In this document: piece by piece, positions 39,272 to 55,011 of the stretch
Layout of the letters: every line of letters starts with the position of its first letter
How positions within the stretch are numbered: the first letter of the stretch is position 1
Source: Paramecium tetraurelia
Taxonomy: Eukaryota
DNA: 64,000 nt
Direction of reading: 5' to 3'
Assembly: GCA_000165425.1 (NCBI GenBank)
Contig: CT868430.1
Location: 186,001 to 250,000, forward strand
Program-made: the position numbers and the translations under genes
Notes under the pieces: model-generated
What the model was told of the DNA's origin: nothing
What the model saw: the letters and a program-made list of their open reading frames with translations, nothing else
Databases searched by the model: none

Positions 39272-41210
39272 TCATTAAATTGAAATTTATTTATAATTAT
39301 AATTTTCAGTTTGATTTTTTAGCTAATTATTTATCCTGGTTAAATAATTAAAGTAATGGTAGTTTTCTTGAATTTGTTGCAGTTTTTTCAATTCCTATTA
39401 ATAAGCATAAAATAGCATACAGAAAAATCAAAATTTGAAAACAACTATCTCATTTTTTCACTGAATTATTTATAAAAGTTAAGTATTTTTTTTTCACCCA
39501 TTCTTAATATGAGACAATTCCGTTGATTGGTCGTCAGTTCACATATTTTGAGTATTTCTAAGTCTTACTTAAAATAACATAAGGAATTTACTTCTAGAGT
39601 TGTTGGATATTGATTAAGAGCACGAATGCATATGTTTTCAATAAGATTCCACGTAGCTAATTCATTTTAGATGCTAATAAAGTGGATTTTGGTAGGTTTT
39701 ATATAAGAATTTTTTCCGAGAAGATTTGCGAATTCCTTTTCCTCTTGAATAAGAATGAATCTAATGAAACTCATGAAATCAGAGAAGCTGACATCTAATT
39801 GATAAAAAGGTAAAATACCATTTGGATCAATGACTAATCTAAAGGATTTTGGGAATTATAATGTTTCTCGTGAAAGTCCTTCCTTTAATTGAATGAGGGA
39901 AATAGTTCCATCAGGTTCAACCATCACATTTACTTCATTGGCATTGTTATCATCAACAACAAACCCATAATTGAGTAAAAATCTAGAATTACATTTGCTG
40001 CCATAACTGTCAAAGATCATTTAACCTTTTTCAATATTTTCATCTGTTTCAATGATAAACCCTTATCTTTCATCAGAATAACACCAAGATGTCAGTTTAG
40101 GACGTTTGTGATTAAGCATGTCTGCCAAAGGGACAAAGGCATCAGTTTTAACTCCTTTGATGTTGATGCCAAAGATTCTGCTGCTTGCAGTCATCCTGGC
40201 CCAACAGAATTCATCAAATGAATTTTAGAGGAACTCTGGAGCTACTTAACAGATATCACAATAATCTTTTTTTAGATCTGTGATCTTATCTTTTACTTAT
40301 TCTAAAATGTTACAAGCGTATAATACTTAAAAATGGAGATCCTTTCAGCCATTCCAAATCACTGTCATTGAAAAAGATTGGAAAATTAGAGTATGATTTT
40401 GGAAGTACATCCAAGTAGGGTTTCCAAAAGGAATCCTATATTTTCTTCTCTTACAATAAAAAAGTAGAGAGGAATGAGTGTTTGGGTGATAATAAATCAA
40501 GTCTATATTGAATTATTTTTTTAGCTACTGGTGTATCTTTTGCCATTTCTAAAGTTATCATATGGGATCTGGGGACGAAAAGGATGACTTCTTTTGAACT
40601 TATAGCCTTCCTTGCATTGACTCCTCTATAATCCTCTGCATAACATTCAATCTTGATTTTAGGGAATAGGGCTTGTCCACTCTTAAGCCATTCCAAAAGT
40701 CTCTTCTATTTATCGAGCTCCCCTGAATCAATCGAAGACTTATAGTAATATCAGTTTTACTTAGAGAGCCTATGTTTTATATTGATTCAATAATTTCTCA
40801 ATTTCTGATGTGTGATGGTTTGAGGATTCTAAACATTAAATAGCATCCTGCATAAGATCAAAGAAATACTTCGATGTACCCCATCTCATAAAGAATTTAG
40901 GCTTTGTTTGATAAGGCCTTGGAATAATTAGGATTTAACTATAAAGCCCTATTGCAGTCTTGGAGGGCCAATTCTAAATCATCCAGATAGAAATATGCTT
41001 GGGAACGATTATTGAAATAGATTGGATTTTCTTCAATCTCTAAAAACTATTAAGACAATTCTTACAAATGGCTTTTGTGTACAGAGTAAGTGCTTTATCA
41101 TATTCACTATTCAGAAAAGCCTTGTTCCCTTCTTCCTATTAGTTTTATGTGTTATCATTTACTTTGAGTTGATGTGAACTAACCTCATTCCTTCTAGTTT
41201 TAGGTGGCAT
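39272..41210 (-). CDS. TPR plus SET-domain (SETD3/LSMT-like) protein methyltransferase
   Basis: N-terminal TPR (EEGNKAFLNSEYDKALTLYTKAI); YRGVNAR, SFWKPYLDVLP, AFVPLADMLNH, QMIFDSYG, FLLNYGFV. Confidence 0.9.
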
Positions 41211-41248
41211 GAAATAATATAATTAAAATTACACTTAATAATTTTCAT

Positions 41249-42270
41249 TCATATTATATGTTATTTTACTTTATTCATTTTTGCCCACTCCTCCTTCAAA
41301 TCACGACCATCAAGTCCTTCCCCAACATCTGTCTCTTCCTTCTCCAAAAGATCCTCATAATGGAAGTTGGGTACGAATTTATGGAAGTTTTCTAAATACT
41401 TCTACAGAAACATAATAGTCTTATTAATTTTTTCCAATGGGTTATCACCTTAAGAAGAGAACTTCACCATCGAAGGTGCAATTAGCATGCCCAATGTTTT
41501 GACATTCATCTTGTTTTGCTCCTCAAACTTTGCTACTTCTTGAAAAAATGAAATAACCATAAAGAATACTCTGGCATTTATCTCTGATAACTCATTAATA
41601 ACACCAATAGCATTCAAATCTTTGGAAAAGATTGATTCTGTATTTATCAAAGGAACCTCCAATTACCCGAAATACTATTTTAATACACAAGCCACTAAAT
41701 GAGGATTTGCATTCTCAAGTCTTGTAAAATCATAGTTCTTTATTTCCTCCATAAATTATTAAATTTCACTATTTACTGCACACTTCCTAAATAGACCCTC
41801 ATGGTGCATATTATTCTTGAAGTATTTTAGTAATTCTTATATAACTATTGGCACTCCATATTTGTTGAGCCTTTCGTTCTCAAAACTGTTCTTCTTCTCC
41901 AAACCTTTCAAGATATTGTCTATTTCTTTCACTGATTCTATTCTAAAAATGTTTTTATCTTTAAATTCATCGATCTGTTCATTTCCTATAACAAAAATAG
42001 AATGTAATTTAGGAGCCTTTCTTAACATTTCCAATACCAAATTTTATTGTATAAATTAAAAGTAAGCTTGATGCTTAATAATGATGACTACTCTTAAATA
42101 GGATTACTAAATTACCTATTGACTGAAATATTGAGACAATTTAATAAATACTCGATTGAGAGTTATTAAAAGGTTTCTTCATTTATATATACTCTCAGGT
42201 AGTTTTATTCCACAGTGGTTACTATATTATAATTCTCCGTCACTATCTTGGCTTATTTGATCTCTTACAT
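41249..42270 (-). CDS. RhoGAP-domain protein
   Basis: YGVPIVI, EGLFRKCA (arginine finger), HLVACVLKQYF, NKMNVKTLGMLIAP. One intron, 333 codons. Confidence 0.88.
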
Positions 42271-42374
42271 TACTATAAATTATAATTAAATTATTATGTT
42301 TAAATATGCACTTTATTTTTGATCTACATCATAGATTTAGAAGTAATTATATTAAATTATTAATAACAATTTGA

Positions 42375-44371
42375 TCATAATAATTCAAAATCATCAAATC
42401 TTTATTTAATCATCTCCTTTTCTAATAAACTAACAATCTATTTCTCTATAATATCATATTCACACAAATCAATAAATCTAGGATATTCCTTTTTTATTAA
42501 ATCAAATGTCGCTTGAATCAAGCTCTCTGAATTAATCTTTTTGTTCTGTTTTATGATTTTAACAATAGCAGCGTCAACAACATACAAATAATCCGAGATA
42601 ATTTATTGATTCTTCTCCATCTCAATTTAAATCTCTTCATTTATAATCATAATTTAATTGGCATGTTTATACTGATAATTAATTTTAAAGGTATTATTCT
42701 CTGATCTAACAATAAGTCCATTATATAATTTATAGTTACTTATTTGATTAATACTTTTTTAAGCATTAAATCTAAGCAACTCCAAACCTTAAGCCAATGG
42801 CAACTCTAATTCAAATTAATGATCAATTTTGACTACTAAATTCAGTTTGCTCAATTTAGATTAAAATATTATCTTCTTTTTTTAGAATAATAGATCTTCA
42901 GATTAATTCTTAATAAAGTTATCTGCGAACTGATTCAATGGTGAAGGTAGTATTAAATTCTCAATTTGATAGGGCCAAATTGATTTTGGAATCAAATGAA
43001 AATGAAATTGGATTGGGCTCTTCTTTTAACGAAGCTTTTGTAAAAATTGATTAGTGAGATTCTGAGATTCTTTTGAATTTTTAATGAATTCTAAACTCTC
43101 AGAAATCCATTCAGAATTACAATATGGTTGTAGTTCATTCAATAATTCTAACTCATTCTAATTATATTCTTTCAAAAGTCGTTTGATAAGAAATTTAACA
43201 TAATAGTTTTAAAAGCTCTCTTTATCTGTTAAATATTTTATTAAATGCTTATATTTCTTAATGGAATGCTAGTTCTAAAGATTTATTACAGAAGCAAGAG
43301 TGAAGGAATACTTTTCATAATTTTCATTTACTGCATCCTTAATTATAATCGAATAAATTACTTCAATAGCATGAGTTATGATCGTTGCATTAGTATGTTC
43401 CATAGGTAATTGCTCGAAAAGAGTTTGACAAGTCTTCTCTAAATTTAACATATTCTCAATGGCTGATGTTGGTTGTTGTTGTAAAATACATATTACTTCT
43501 TTATAAATATGTTTTCGACTAAAAATCATAATAAATTATACAGTGCAGATAGTAATTTAGGAAGGGCATTTATTTCTTATGCAAATCGAACATAATGGAG
43601 CATAATCTCAGTATTAAAGTATAATGAATCTAAATCAGTCATATTAACTTGATTGAATATTAGTTGTTTAAGTAATTCATTAAGTCTTAATTGAAACTCA
43701 TTTTAAAATTTACTGGAAAGCCTTTTCTCAGCTTAGAATATGATATTTGCAATCTAAACTGATTATGATGGATTAGTATCTAAAATAAACTCCTTGTAGT
43801 AAATTTGAGTCTATTCGTAAAATCTTCTTTCAAATTACTAATAATTTGGCAACAAAATTAACAAATCTAAAAGCTATAAAGGAGGATCTTCAATTGCTTA
43901 TTGATTGGATAATGTAACAATGACTTGTCTAAATCTTTTTATTTCTAATAGAGTGACCATCTATAATCTATTCTCTACTTCCACCTTAATTAACTTTAAT
44001 AGGATATTTGTGATGTAATTTTATACAGGAGTCTTTATGTCCAAATATTTTAACACATCTTTGAGACATTATGACTTCTATTTAAATTTAACCCATAAAT
44101 CAATTGTCATATCAAAAAGAATAGAATCCTCTTCTATGCTTGAAATAGAACATACATTTTACTTCATGAGAGTATCAATTTTTTCTTTGTATTATGAATA
44201 ATGATCAGATATTAATTCTAGTATTTCATCTTGTCTATGGTGATAACTAAGAAATCTTGTTGCCTTTAAATTACAATGTGAGAGTACCTCATAAACTTCA
44301 AATTCGTCAGCCTCATTTTTAAAATACTTTGAAATAATTTCCAAATCACTATCTTCATTTTCAATAATCAT
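42375..44371 (-). CDS. Divergent cullin-like protein
   Basis: KYLTDKESFQNYYVKFLIKRLL, SIWP, YVVDAAIVKIIKQ (neddylation region), IVSLLEKEMI. One 23-nt intron, 658 codons. Confidence 0.8.
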
Positions 44372-44467
44372 TTTATTTTTAATTTATTTTCATAAGAATT
44401 ATGTAATATAAAAAGGAGAATTCATCATATAAGAAGAATAAACTAGTGTAAAACCTTTAATAATGTA

Positions 44468-47639
<3,172 letters not shown>

Positions 47640-48131
47640 TGCTTAGTAAATTTTAATTAATTAATTATTCAATTTCTGAACTTCTGCTGATAAATACTGA
47701 AAAATATATACATTCATCCCAATGTAAAATATTTAATAAAATTATCATTCAAAACTTGCAACTAAAAACTAAGACGAACCACATACCTAAGAATGCGCTC
47801 TTTGAATTTATGTATTTTCCAAAAATGGAGCACTTTTAGATCTCACAACATTTTTGCTTTTTAATTTGATTAACAGCCATGTTGCATTCATTTGTTGAGT
47901 AATAAATTAAGAATTTTATTAATCTCACTAATTAATAATATAAAACCTTAAATTAGTATCATCCTAATGTTATTTATTTTCAAAAAGTTTATATTGATAA
48001 TTTTTCATGTGATATTTATGAATTAGAATTTTCTGAGTGATTATTCTAATTCGTAAATTATTACAAGCTAGATATATCGAATAAATCACATATATTTTAT
48101 AAAATATTTAGAAAGTTCTCTATTTAAAATA

Positions 48132-49197
48132 ATGATTTGCAATGTTGATACATTTTAGATGTTTAACATTATTAAAGAAATTTATGAAAACGAATACGAA
48201 AAAGTTTACATCTCCAATTTCAAAGATAAATACAAAATTATTGTACTAAAAGTGGAGGTTGGCAATAAAAAGTACCTCCATAATCAATACACAATACTAG
48301 AGCTATTGAAATTTGTGCAAGGAGTGCCCAAAATACTGAACCACGGATTTGGTGCAGATGAAAAGTATCAATAATCTATATTCGAGGTTTTACTATTCTA
48401 TCGATTACTATGCCAAATCCCTTGCAGAAATTTTACAAAAATTCGGAACCCTAACCCTATAATCAGCCTTATCAATAGGATTGTCTTTGCTCAGAATTCT
48501 AAGTGGAATTCATAGACAAGAAATTATTTATGCCAACATTTGTCCAGAAAATGTTGTCTTTTCAAAGGAAGCAGTCGATCATGATTAGCAATTGCATTTA
48601 ATTGGTTTTGGTTAAGCTTATTTAAAATAAGATAAACAAAAAAAACTTTTGAATAAAAACTCTTTGCCATATCATATTCACAACAATCGTGTATCTTCTA
48701 AGAAGGATGACTTAGAAAGTTTGGGCTATCTTCTAATTAAGTTGATAAAAGGTATAATTTTAATAATAAGTTAAGGAACGTTACCATGGGAATCACTACC
48801 ACAATAGTTGATGGGACAAAAGAAAATAGAATGCTTAAAGTCAAATGAAATTTTGCAAGGACTTCCTTATGAATTTAGATTTTACTTTCAATAAATCAAT
48901 TTATTCCATGATGAACCTAATCATGCATACTTGATTAAGCTTCTAAATTCCATCATGTAAAAATATTGCAAGACTACACAACACTGTATCATTGAGCTAA
49001 ACTAATTAACTCCAATTACTGAAACCTTGAATGAGACTGATTCATCAATGGATAGTTGCTATCTATGCACTGTAATCCCATAGAACATGAGTAACTTTAA
49101 TGTTTTGCCAAACATGGAATTAGACTCATCGATTGAAGAAAAGCTTAAGAGATTATAACTGATATCTAAATAATATAAACTTATCAGCAACCTATGA
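48132..49197 (+). CDS. CK1-like pseudokinase
   Basis: CK1-like GVPKI, SKKDDLESLGY and GTLPW are retained. HRD reads YAN, DFG reads GFG, and there is no GxGxxG. Two introns, 340 codons. Confidence 0.8.
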
Positions 49198-49431
49198 GCA
49201 TAATTTTTAATTATTTTTATAAGGTTTTTGAGGTCGTTCATCAGAAAATTAAAGACTGAATTTATGCAACGTACAATCAACAAAAGTCTTTAATTGGTCT
49301 TATGTTATTCTTCTTTTTTTATTACAATTGGGATGGGAAAAGTGTAAATTGAAAATGTGTAATTTAATTTTCAATTTATTATAAATGATAATTATAAATA
49401 AAAAGCGAAAGCATAGGAGAAATTAATTAAA

Positions 49432-50418
49432 ATGGACATAGACAAATACTTGGAGACTTTAAGAAATATCAGATGCTTAAGTGAGCGAGACTCTCATTTG
49501 CTTTGTGAATTGGCCAAGGAAATATTAGTAGAGGAGCCAAATGTTGTCTAAGTAAAGGCTCCGGTAACAATATGTGGAGGTATCCATGGGTAATATTTTG
49601 AATTGTTGGAACTATTTATGAATGGAGGTCAAATACCAGAAAAGAGCTATGTGTTTAATGGAGATTATGTCAATCGAGGGTAATTTGCATTGATTGATTT
49701 CATAAGGCATCATTCAGTTGAAACCTTCTAATATTTGCTTTGTTTAAAGATAAAATATCCAAAACATATTACTTTATTGAGAGGAAATAATGAATCAAGA
49801 ATTTTAACTTAATGTGATGGACTATATGAAGAGGTGAAAAGGAAATATAGGAACATACACCTTTGGTAATACTTTTGTGAAGTATTTGATTACTTACCAT
49901 TATGTGCATTAGTCAATGAAAAGATTTTTTGTGTGCATGGGGGATTGTCTCCATAAATAAAATAGATAGACTAGATCCGAATGATTGGTTAAATATAATG
50001 ATATCTGAATAGATCGAAGATGTGCGAAGGAGGATGAAGGCCCAATGAGTGATTTGTTATGGTCTGATCCTTAGTAAGATTCAGATGGATGGGAAGAAAG
50101 TAAACGAGGAGCAGGACATGAATTCGGAAAAAAAGTAGTAGAACAATTTAATCACATTAATGGATTAAGTTTGATTGCAAGGTCCCATCAGTTGGTAATG
50201 GAAGGATATAAATATTATTTCGATGTAAAATAGAGATTAGAGATTAGAAATAATTGGTTTCTGTTTGGTCGGTTCCTAATTATTGTTATCGATGTGGAAA
50301 TAAAGCATGCATTATGAATTTGGATGAGAATTTAGAGCAGAGCTTCTTATTTTTTGAAGAATCCTAGGAGCTCACTTACAATTAGATGAATTAAAGGGGG
50401 CTGCCTTATTTTATATGA
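49432..50418 (+). CDS. PP6/PP4/PP2A-like PPP phosphatase with substituted catalytic residues
   Basis: [48 protein letters not shown]-terminal PYFI. Three introns, 304 codons. Confidence 0.9.
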
Positions 50419-50480
50419 ATTTTGTATTTGGAATATATTTATTTAACAATAAATTGTAAATAGTATATTAAATTTATTTA

Positions 50481-52274
50481 ATGAAAAAGATAGCACCAAG
50501 TTTGTAGGATTATTAATCTGCAGGTCAGGGATATCTACTTAAATATATTCAGACTTTGAGTGAAGCAGAGTAGAATAGCATTATGAATAAATTATAGAAA
50601 TACGATATAAAATAGCTGTATTAGGTAAACCTGTGTTTAGAGATTAGACTTATCAATAATTCAAGGCAAAGATAATTTAGATGGCACCATATGAGACAAT
50701 CAGATGTTTAGAGTTTGATGGGAAAGACGAGGAGATTGGATATGCAACAATAGCAGAGGGCAAACGTATACGGCAATCCTCACTATTTAGTGGCAATCGT
50801 TATGAGTGCTCAGCAAAACATTAGTTTGTTAGACATCCAGTTGCCTTCACATAAGTGTTTGTTTCAATTGTATTGCGAACGAATTTGGAGTCTTTAGAAT
50901 TTAATCAAACAACGTTGTGGAAAGTGTTTACCAATATTGATATTCATCATGACCACCAATATTAATCACGAAATGATTACTAGCTTTTTTTAAGAAAAGA
51001 ATCATTTTGGCTTGTAAGACGATCAGATCTTTTTTATTTAATAAGATAAATTACCCTTATTTAGTATGGAAGGACAAATTCTCTTTAGCAATGAATCTTA
51101 GATATTTGATGAATACATTGGCAATGGAAACATTTATTTGAATCAATCTGTTTTAGATACCATGAAATTCTTAGGAATCACCATCCTTCACTTATGTTCA
51201 ATAGAAAATGTACTATGCAAATTTGGAGATCCCTTATGGATTGGTGCCTTCATAAGAAATCAATTGTATTTGAGTGCAAAATGTGTACAGAAACGTAGTG
51301 TTGATGAAAATCTAGGGATCGTAGTGAATTAATACAATTAAGGTTTGTAATACAAAGGTATATTTAACTGTAATCCCATATTTAGAGTATGATGAAATCT
51401 CTTATAGTGATTTAGTCAAAAGAGACAAAAATGGAAGCTTGGCTAATCCTGATGGAGTCATTGGTTAAGTCTTATGTTCTCTCGATTATGCCCTTGAACT
51501 TTGTTGCAATTATAAAAACCACATTTTGTCTAAGTAGAGATTTACAATCAAACTAGTTTCCATATTCGATAAAAGAAATGTACATATTTTGATTACATAA
51601 CTTCCAGATTAATCAAACCTATGTCACAATCTAATGCTCTTAAATTCGAATTGACGTATTACTAAGCCATTCCTTATTGTCCTATTCAATCCTTTGGATT
51701 ATTCAGAGTCAAAAGGGAAGACGAATATGCCCCAATCCTTAACCCTTCAAATGAAACCAAAGACACTATTCATACTGCACGACAAGCCTATATGCGCAGA
51801 GATTAAAAATGGATGTCTCGATTAGGCTTTGAAGTCAATTAAGAATTTGAGATCTCACCCAAATTAACATATTTTGGAGAGGGTTTGGAGGAAGCCACAA
51901 AAAAACAGATCAAAAATAAATTATAAATCCCTCTTATTCTACACAGTGAAAAATAAATTAGAACTGTTAGAGTTAATAGTGTTCATAATTAACAACCTTA
52001 AAGTTCACCTTGTAAATACTCTTCTTAGGTTACAAGTACATAAAATTTCTAATAATCAAAAATGAGCATTCATTAAAGTTTGAATCATCTGAAACAACCA
52101 ATTACTAGCTCATTAGTCACTCCTACTGGGAACCAAAGTTTCCAGTTGAGTGGCAGAAAAAGTATCGATCAGAAACCTAGTCGATAGACTGATTATTATC
52201 ATAGACCCAATCTAAATTAATTAAACAAACCTCTATTTTATGCACCTAACACATATTATTTACCAAAAAAATGA
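50481..52274 (+). CDS. UDP-GlcNAc pyrophosphorylase (UAP1)-like protein with degenerate active site
   Basis: LPSHKCLFQL, IFIMT, GNGNIY, ENVLCKFGDPLWIG, REDEYAPILN, EISPKLTYFGEGL. The GGQGTRLG..PK signature is absent. Confidence 0.8.
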
Positions 52275-52307
52275 TTTCATAAATAATTTTATTATAATAT
52301 TTATTTA

Positions 52308-53625
52308 TCACAATAAATTATAATTTTATTAGACTCTCTCCCAAAACTCTTCGGTTGCCTGGTTCAATTGAATTTCATATTGGATTAAACTCTTAGCCAA
52401 TCTATAATAATTCTACTGCTTCTCCAACTACCATTCAAACTAATTTCATACCTTGAATTTGTCAATCTCTATATATCCCAATAATACAGTGAGTATATCG
52501 CAAATAAATTGCATGTTTTCAATGTCCTTACATACCTAATCGATCTGAACCTACAACTTAGCTATTTAATCTTCCTTCTTTGTGGTACTAAACAAATTCT
52601 TGATCGAAGACTTTCCTGCTAGCACTTCTTACAATTAAATTTGAAGTTCCTTCTACTTCTATTCATAAAACACCTTCTACTATTCATATTTCTCCCTTTA
52701 TATCATGGTCTCTAAAAATGCCCTCACTTATTTAGATTCCTTCTTAATTTCTTAGTATAATGATTAGAACTCATTCTATTGCAATAAATTAATGTAATTA
52801 TTTAATAATTACGCTGGGTACTCGTCATTCTTGATGTTCTGTATTACCAATTTATCCTAACTCTCGCTAAACTCCAATAAGACTTGCTATTCATAAACAG
52901 CCAAGTGAGTTTAAACGAAAGTGGACATTTATTCTTGAAAATTCTGTCTTGCCTCAGCTATGTTTCTATCATGTTTAGATATAATACTTAGCAATTTATT
53001 TAAAATTTTCAACCATTGGATTTACTCTTTTAAGAAACATGTGAAAATCTGTTATCTTTTGAATTAATTCTCTATTGATTTCCCTCTATTTTCAATAAAC
53101 AAAAACTTACTCCTGAAAGATCTGTGAAGGTTTCCTGGTATTTGTTTATTATTTCATCGTAAGTCAATTTCGGTACTTATGTCAAAGCCTACAAACATAG
53201 TGCTTTATTTACTTTCTCGATATCCCCATTGGCCTTGATGAATAACTGGAACTCCTCAGAATACCAGAAGTATTTGGTCTGAGCCATAATCTTCATCCAA
53301 TCTTATAATGAATGCATTCTATCATCTATGAACTTCTAGTCCATATTTCCCTAAAAGTCTTAGAGTCTCTATATTTACAATTGCCTTTCTCGGTGGAAGT
53401 GGGGGAATGTAACAGCCAGGCCATTTTGTTATAAGGAATTGGCGAATAAGTCGGAAATCACTAAACCTACGTATTACATCAAATTATCCGTTCTTATCCA
53501 TTCCTCGAACTGAATAAGTTGTGTACTTGTTAAGCCCCGATTAGACCTTTGGATCGCTGACTTCAACTGAGATCTTTTATAATCTCTACATCGATATATT
53601 ATACCTCGAAATCATCTTAGTTCAT
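52308..53625 (-). CDS. Sorting nexin (PX domain plus coiled-coil/BAR-like region)
   Basis: VSDPK...YTTYSV...VIRRFSDF...WPGCYIPPLPPRK PX domain. Confidence 0.88.
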
Positions 53626-53644
53626 GAATAATATTATATAAAAT

Positions 53645-54404
53645 TCATTTTCTATGCGTAACTGAGTGGTATAATTGTGAATAAAACATTGTTGCCAAAA
53701 TAGCCGCCCCGATTGGTCCCCCCACATAAATCCACATATTAATCATCTAATCCCAACTCTTAGCTAAGCAGTCAAAGACAGTCAGACTCAGTGCAGCAGC
53801 TGGATTAAGCAAACTATTGCTAGATGTGATTGTGTATCTATTGAAATATTCAGCATTTTTACTCTCTGCAAGCATAGTATATACATGATAGCATGACTAA
53901 TGTGGCTATTCTATTCTCAGATAATTAAGTCTCTTTAACAAAGCAAATTAAAGTAAAAATCAAAAAGATTGTTGATCCAATCAATTCTCCAAATAATGAT
54001 GCAGCCAATTCCTTTATAGGTTCACTAATTTATTGTAATTAATTACTCTTCAATATATGGAGCCTTGTCCATATTCAATAACAAAAATGATAATGCAGCC
54101 CCAGCAAATGCTCCTAAAAATTAAGGGAGGAAATAGAAGAACATTGTGCCGTATGGAATTCCTCCACCCAATGCCATAGCCAATGTTATTGCTGGATTGA
54201 AATGGCCTCCACTCAATCTACCAAATACAAGCATGCATCCGAATAATCCCAATGCTACTTGATATGCTTCATTCCTAATTGTATTTAATTGTATTACTGA
54301 CTGCATACACTTATATACACTAAAAAGAATGTGCCTATGAGTTCAAATATGAAGATGTTCTTTTTAGAAATCGCTTGTTTTTGTTCTTCTGTAATTTGTT
54401 CCAT
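53645..54404 (-). CDS. Aquaporin / MIP family channel
   Basis: SGGHFNPAITL and LLNPAAAL. One 25-nt intron, 245 codons. Confidence 0.92.
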
Positions 54405-54443
54405 AAAAATATTAAAAAAAATTTTTAATTAAGATTTTAATAC

Positions 54444-54793
54444 ATGGGCGTAAGAGTCACATATCGTAGAAGAACCAGCTATAACACAAGATCAAATAAG
54501 ATCAGAAAGGTCAAGACTCCAGGTATTTAAATCCATCTACTCTAGGTGGCAATGTTGTGGCTTAATATCCAAATAAAAAGACTAGTGCATCAACATGTGC
54601 AGATTCTAATTTGAGTGTTGTCTTGAATGGTCTCAAAAGAATCAGACCAACAAAACTCAAATAACTTGCTAGAAGACAAAGAACAGTCTCAAGACCATAT
54701 GGAGGTGTCCTCAGTGCTGGAGCATTAAAAAATCGCATCATCAGAGCATTCCTTGTTGAGGAGGTCAAGATCGTAAAATAAATCAAAAAGTGA
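54444..54793 (+). CDS. RPL34: 60S ribosomal protein eL34
   Basis: [28 protein letters not shown]...VSRPYGG...[14 protein letters not shown]. One 23-nt intron. Confidence 0.96.
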
Positions 54794-55011
54794 TTAATAA
54801 TACATTAAAATTTATCTATGAGATGACATAATTGCATTCTATCTTAAAATTTTATTTTAACTATACCTCATTAATACTCATTGATTTCTAATTATTTTAC
54901 ACTCAAATCGCAATTAACAAGGTAGACCTTACAAATGAAAATTTAGAGAATATTCGTCTATAGAATAACAGTTTTGATTAAATTTACTATTATTTATTTT
55001 TATTAACGATT

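Noticed and set aside
41249..44371. Cullin-RhoGAP fusion
   Set aside because: The cullin ends at TGA 42375-42377 and RhoGAP has its own ATG at 42270.
47745..47882. Small minus-strand ORF of about 45 codons
   Set aside because: Too short, with no recognisable motif.
48447..48460. Telomere-like aaccctaaccct
   Set aside because: Only two units, inside coding sequence, and not the Paramecium repeat.
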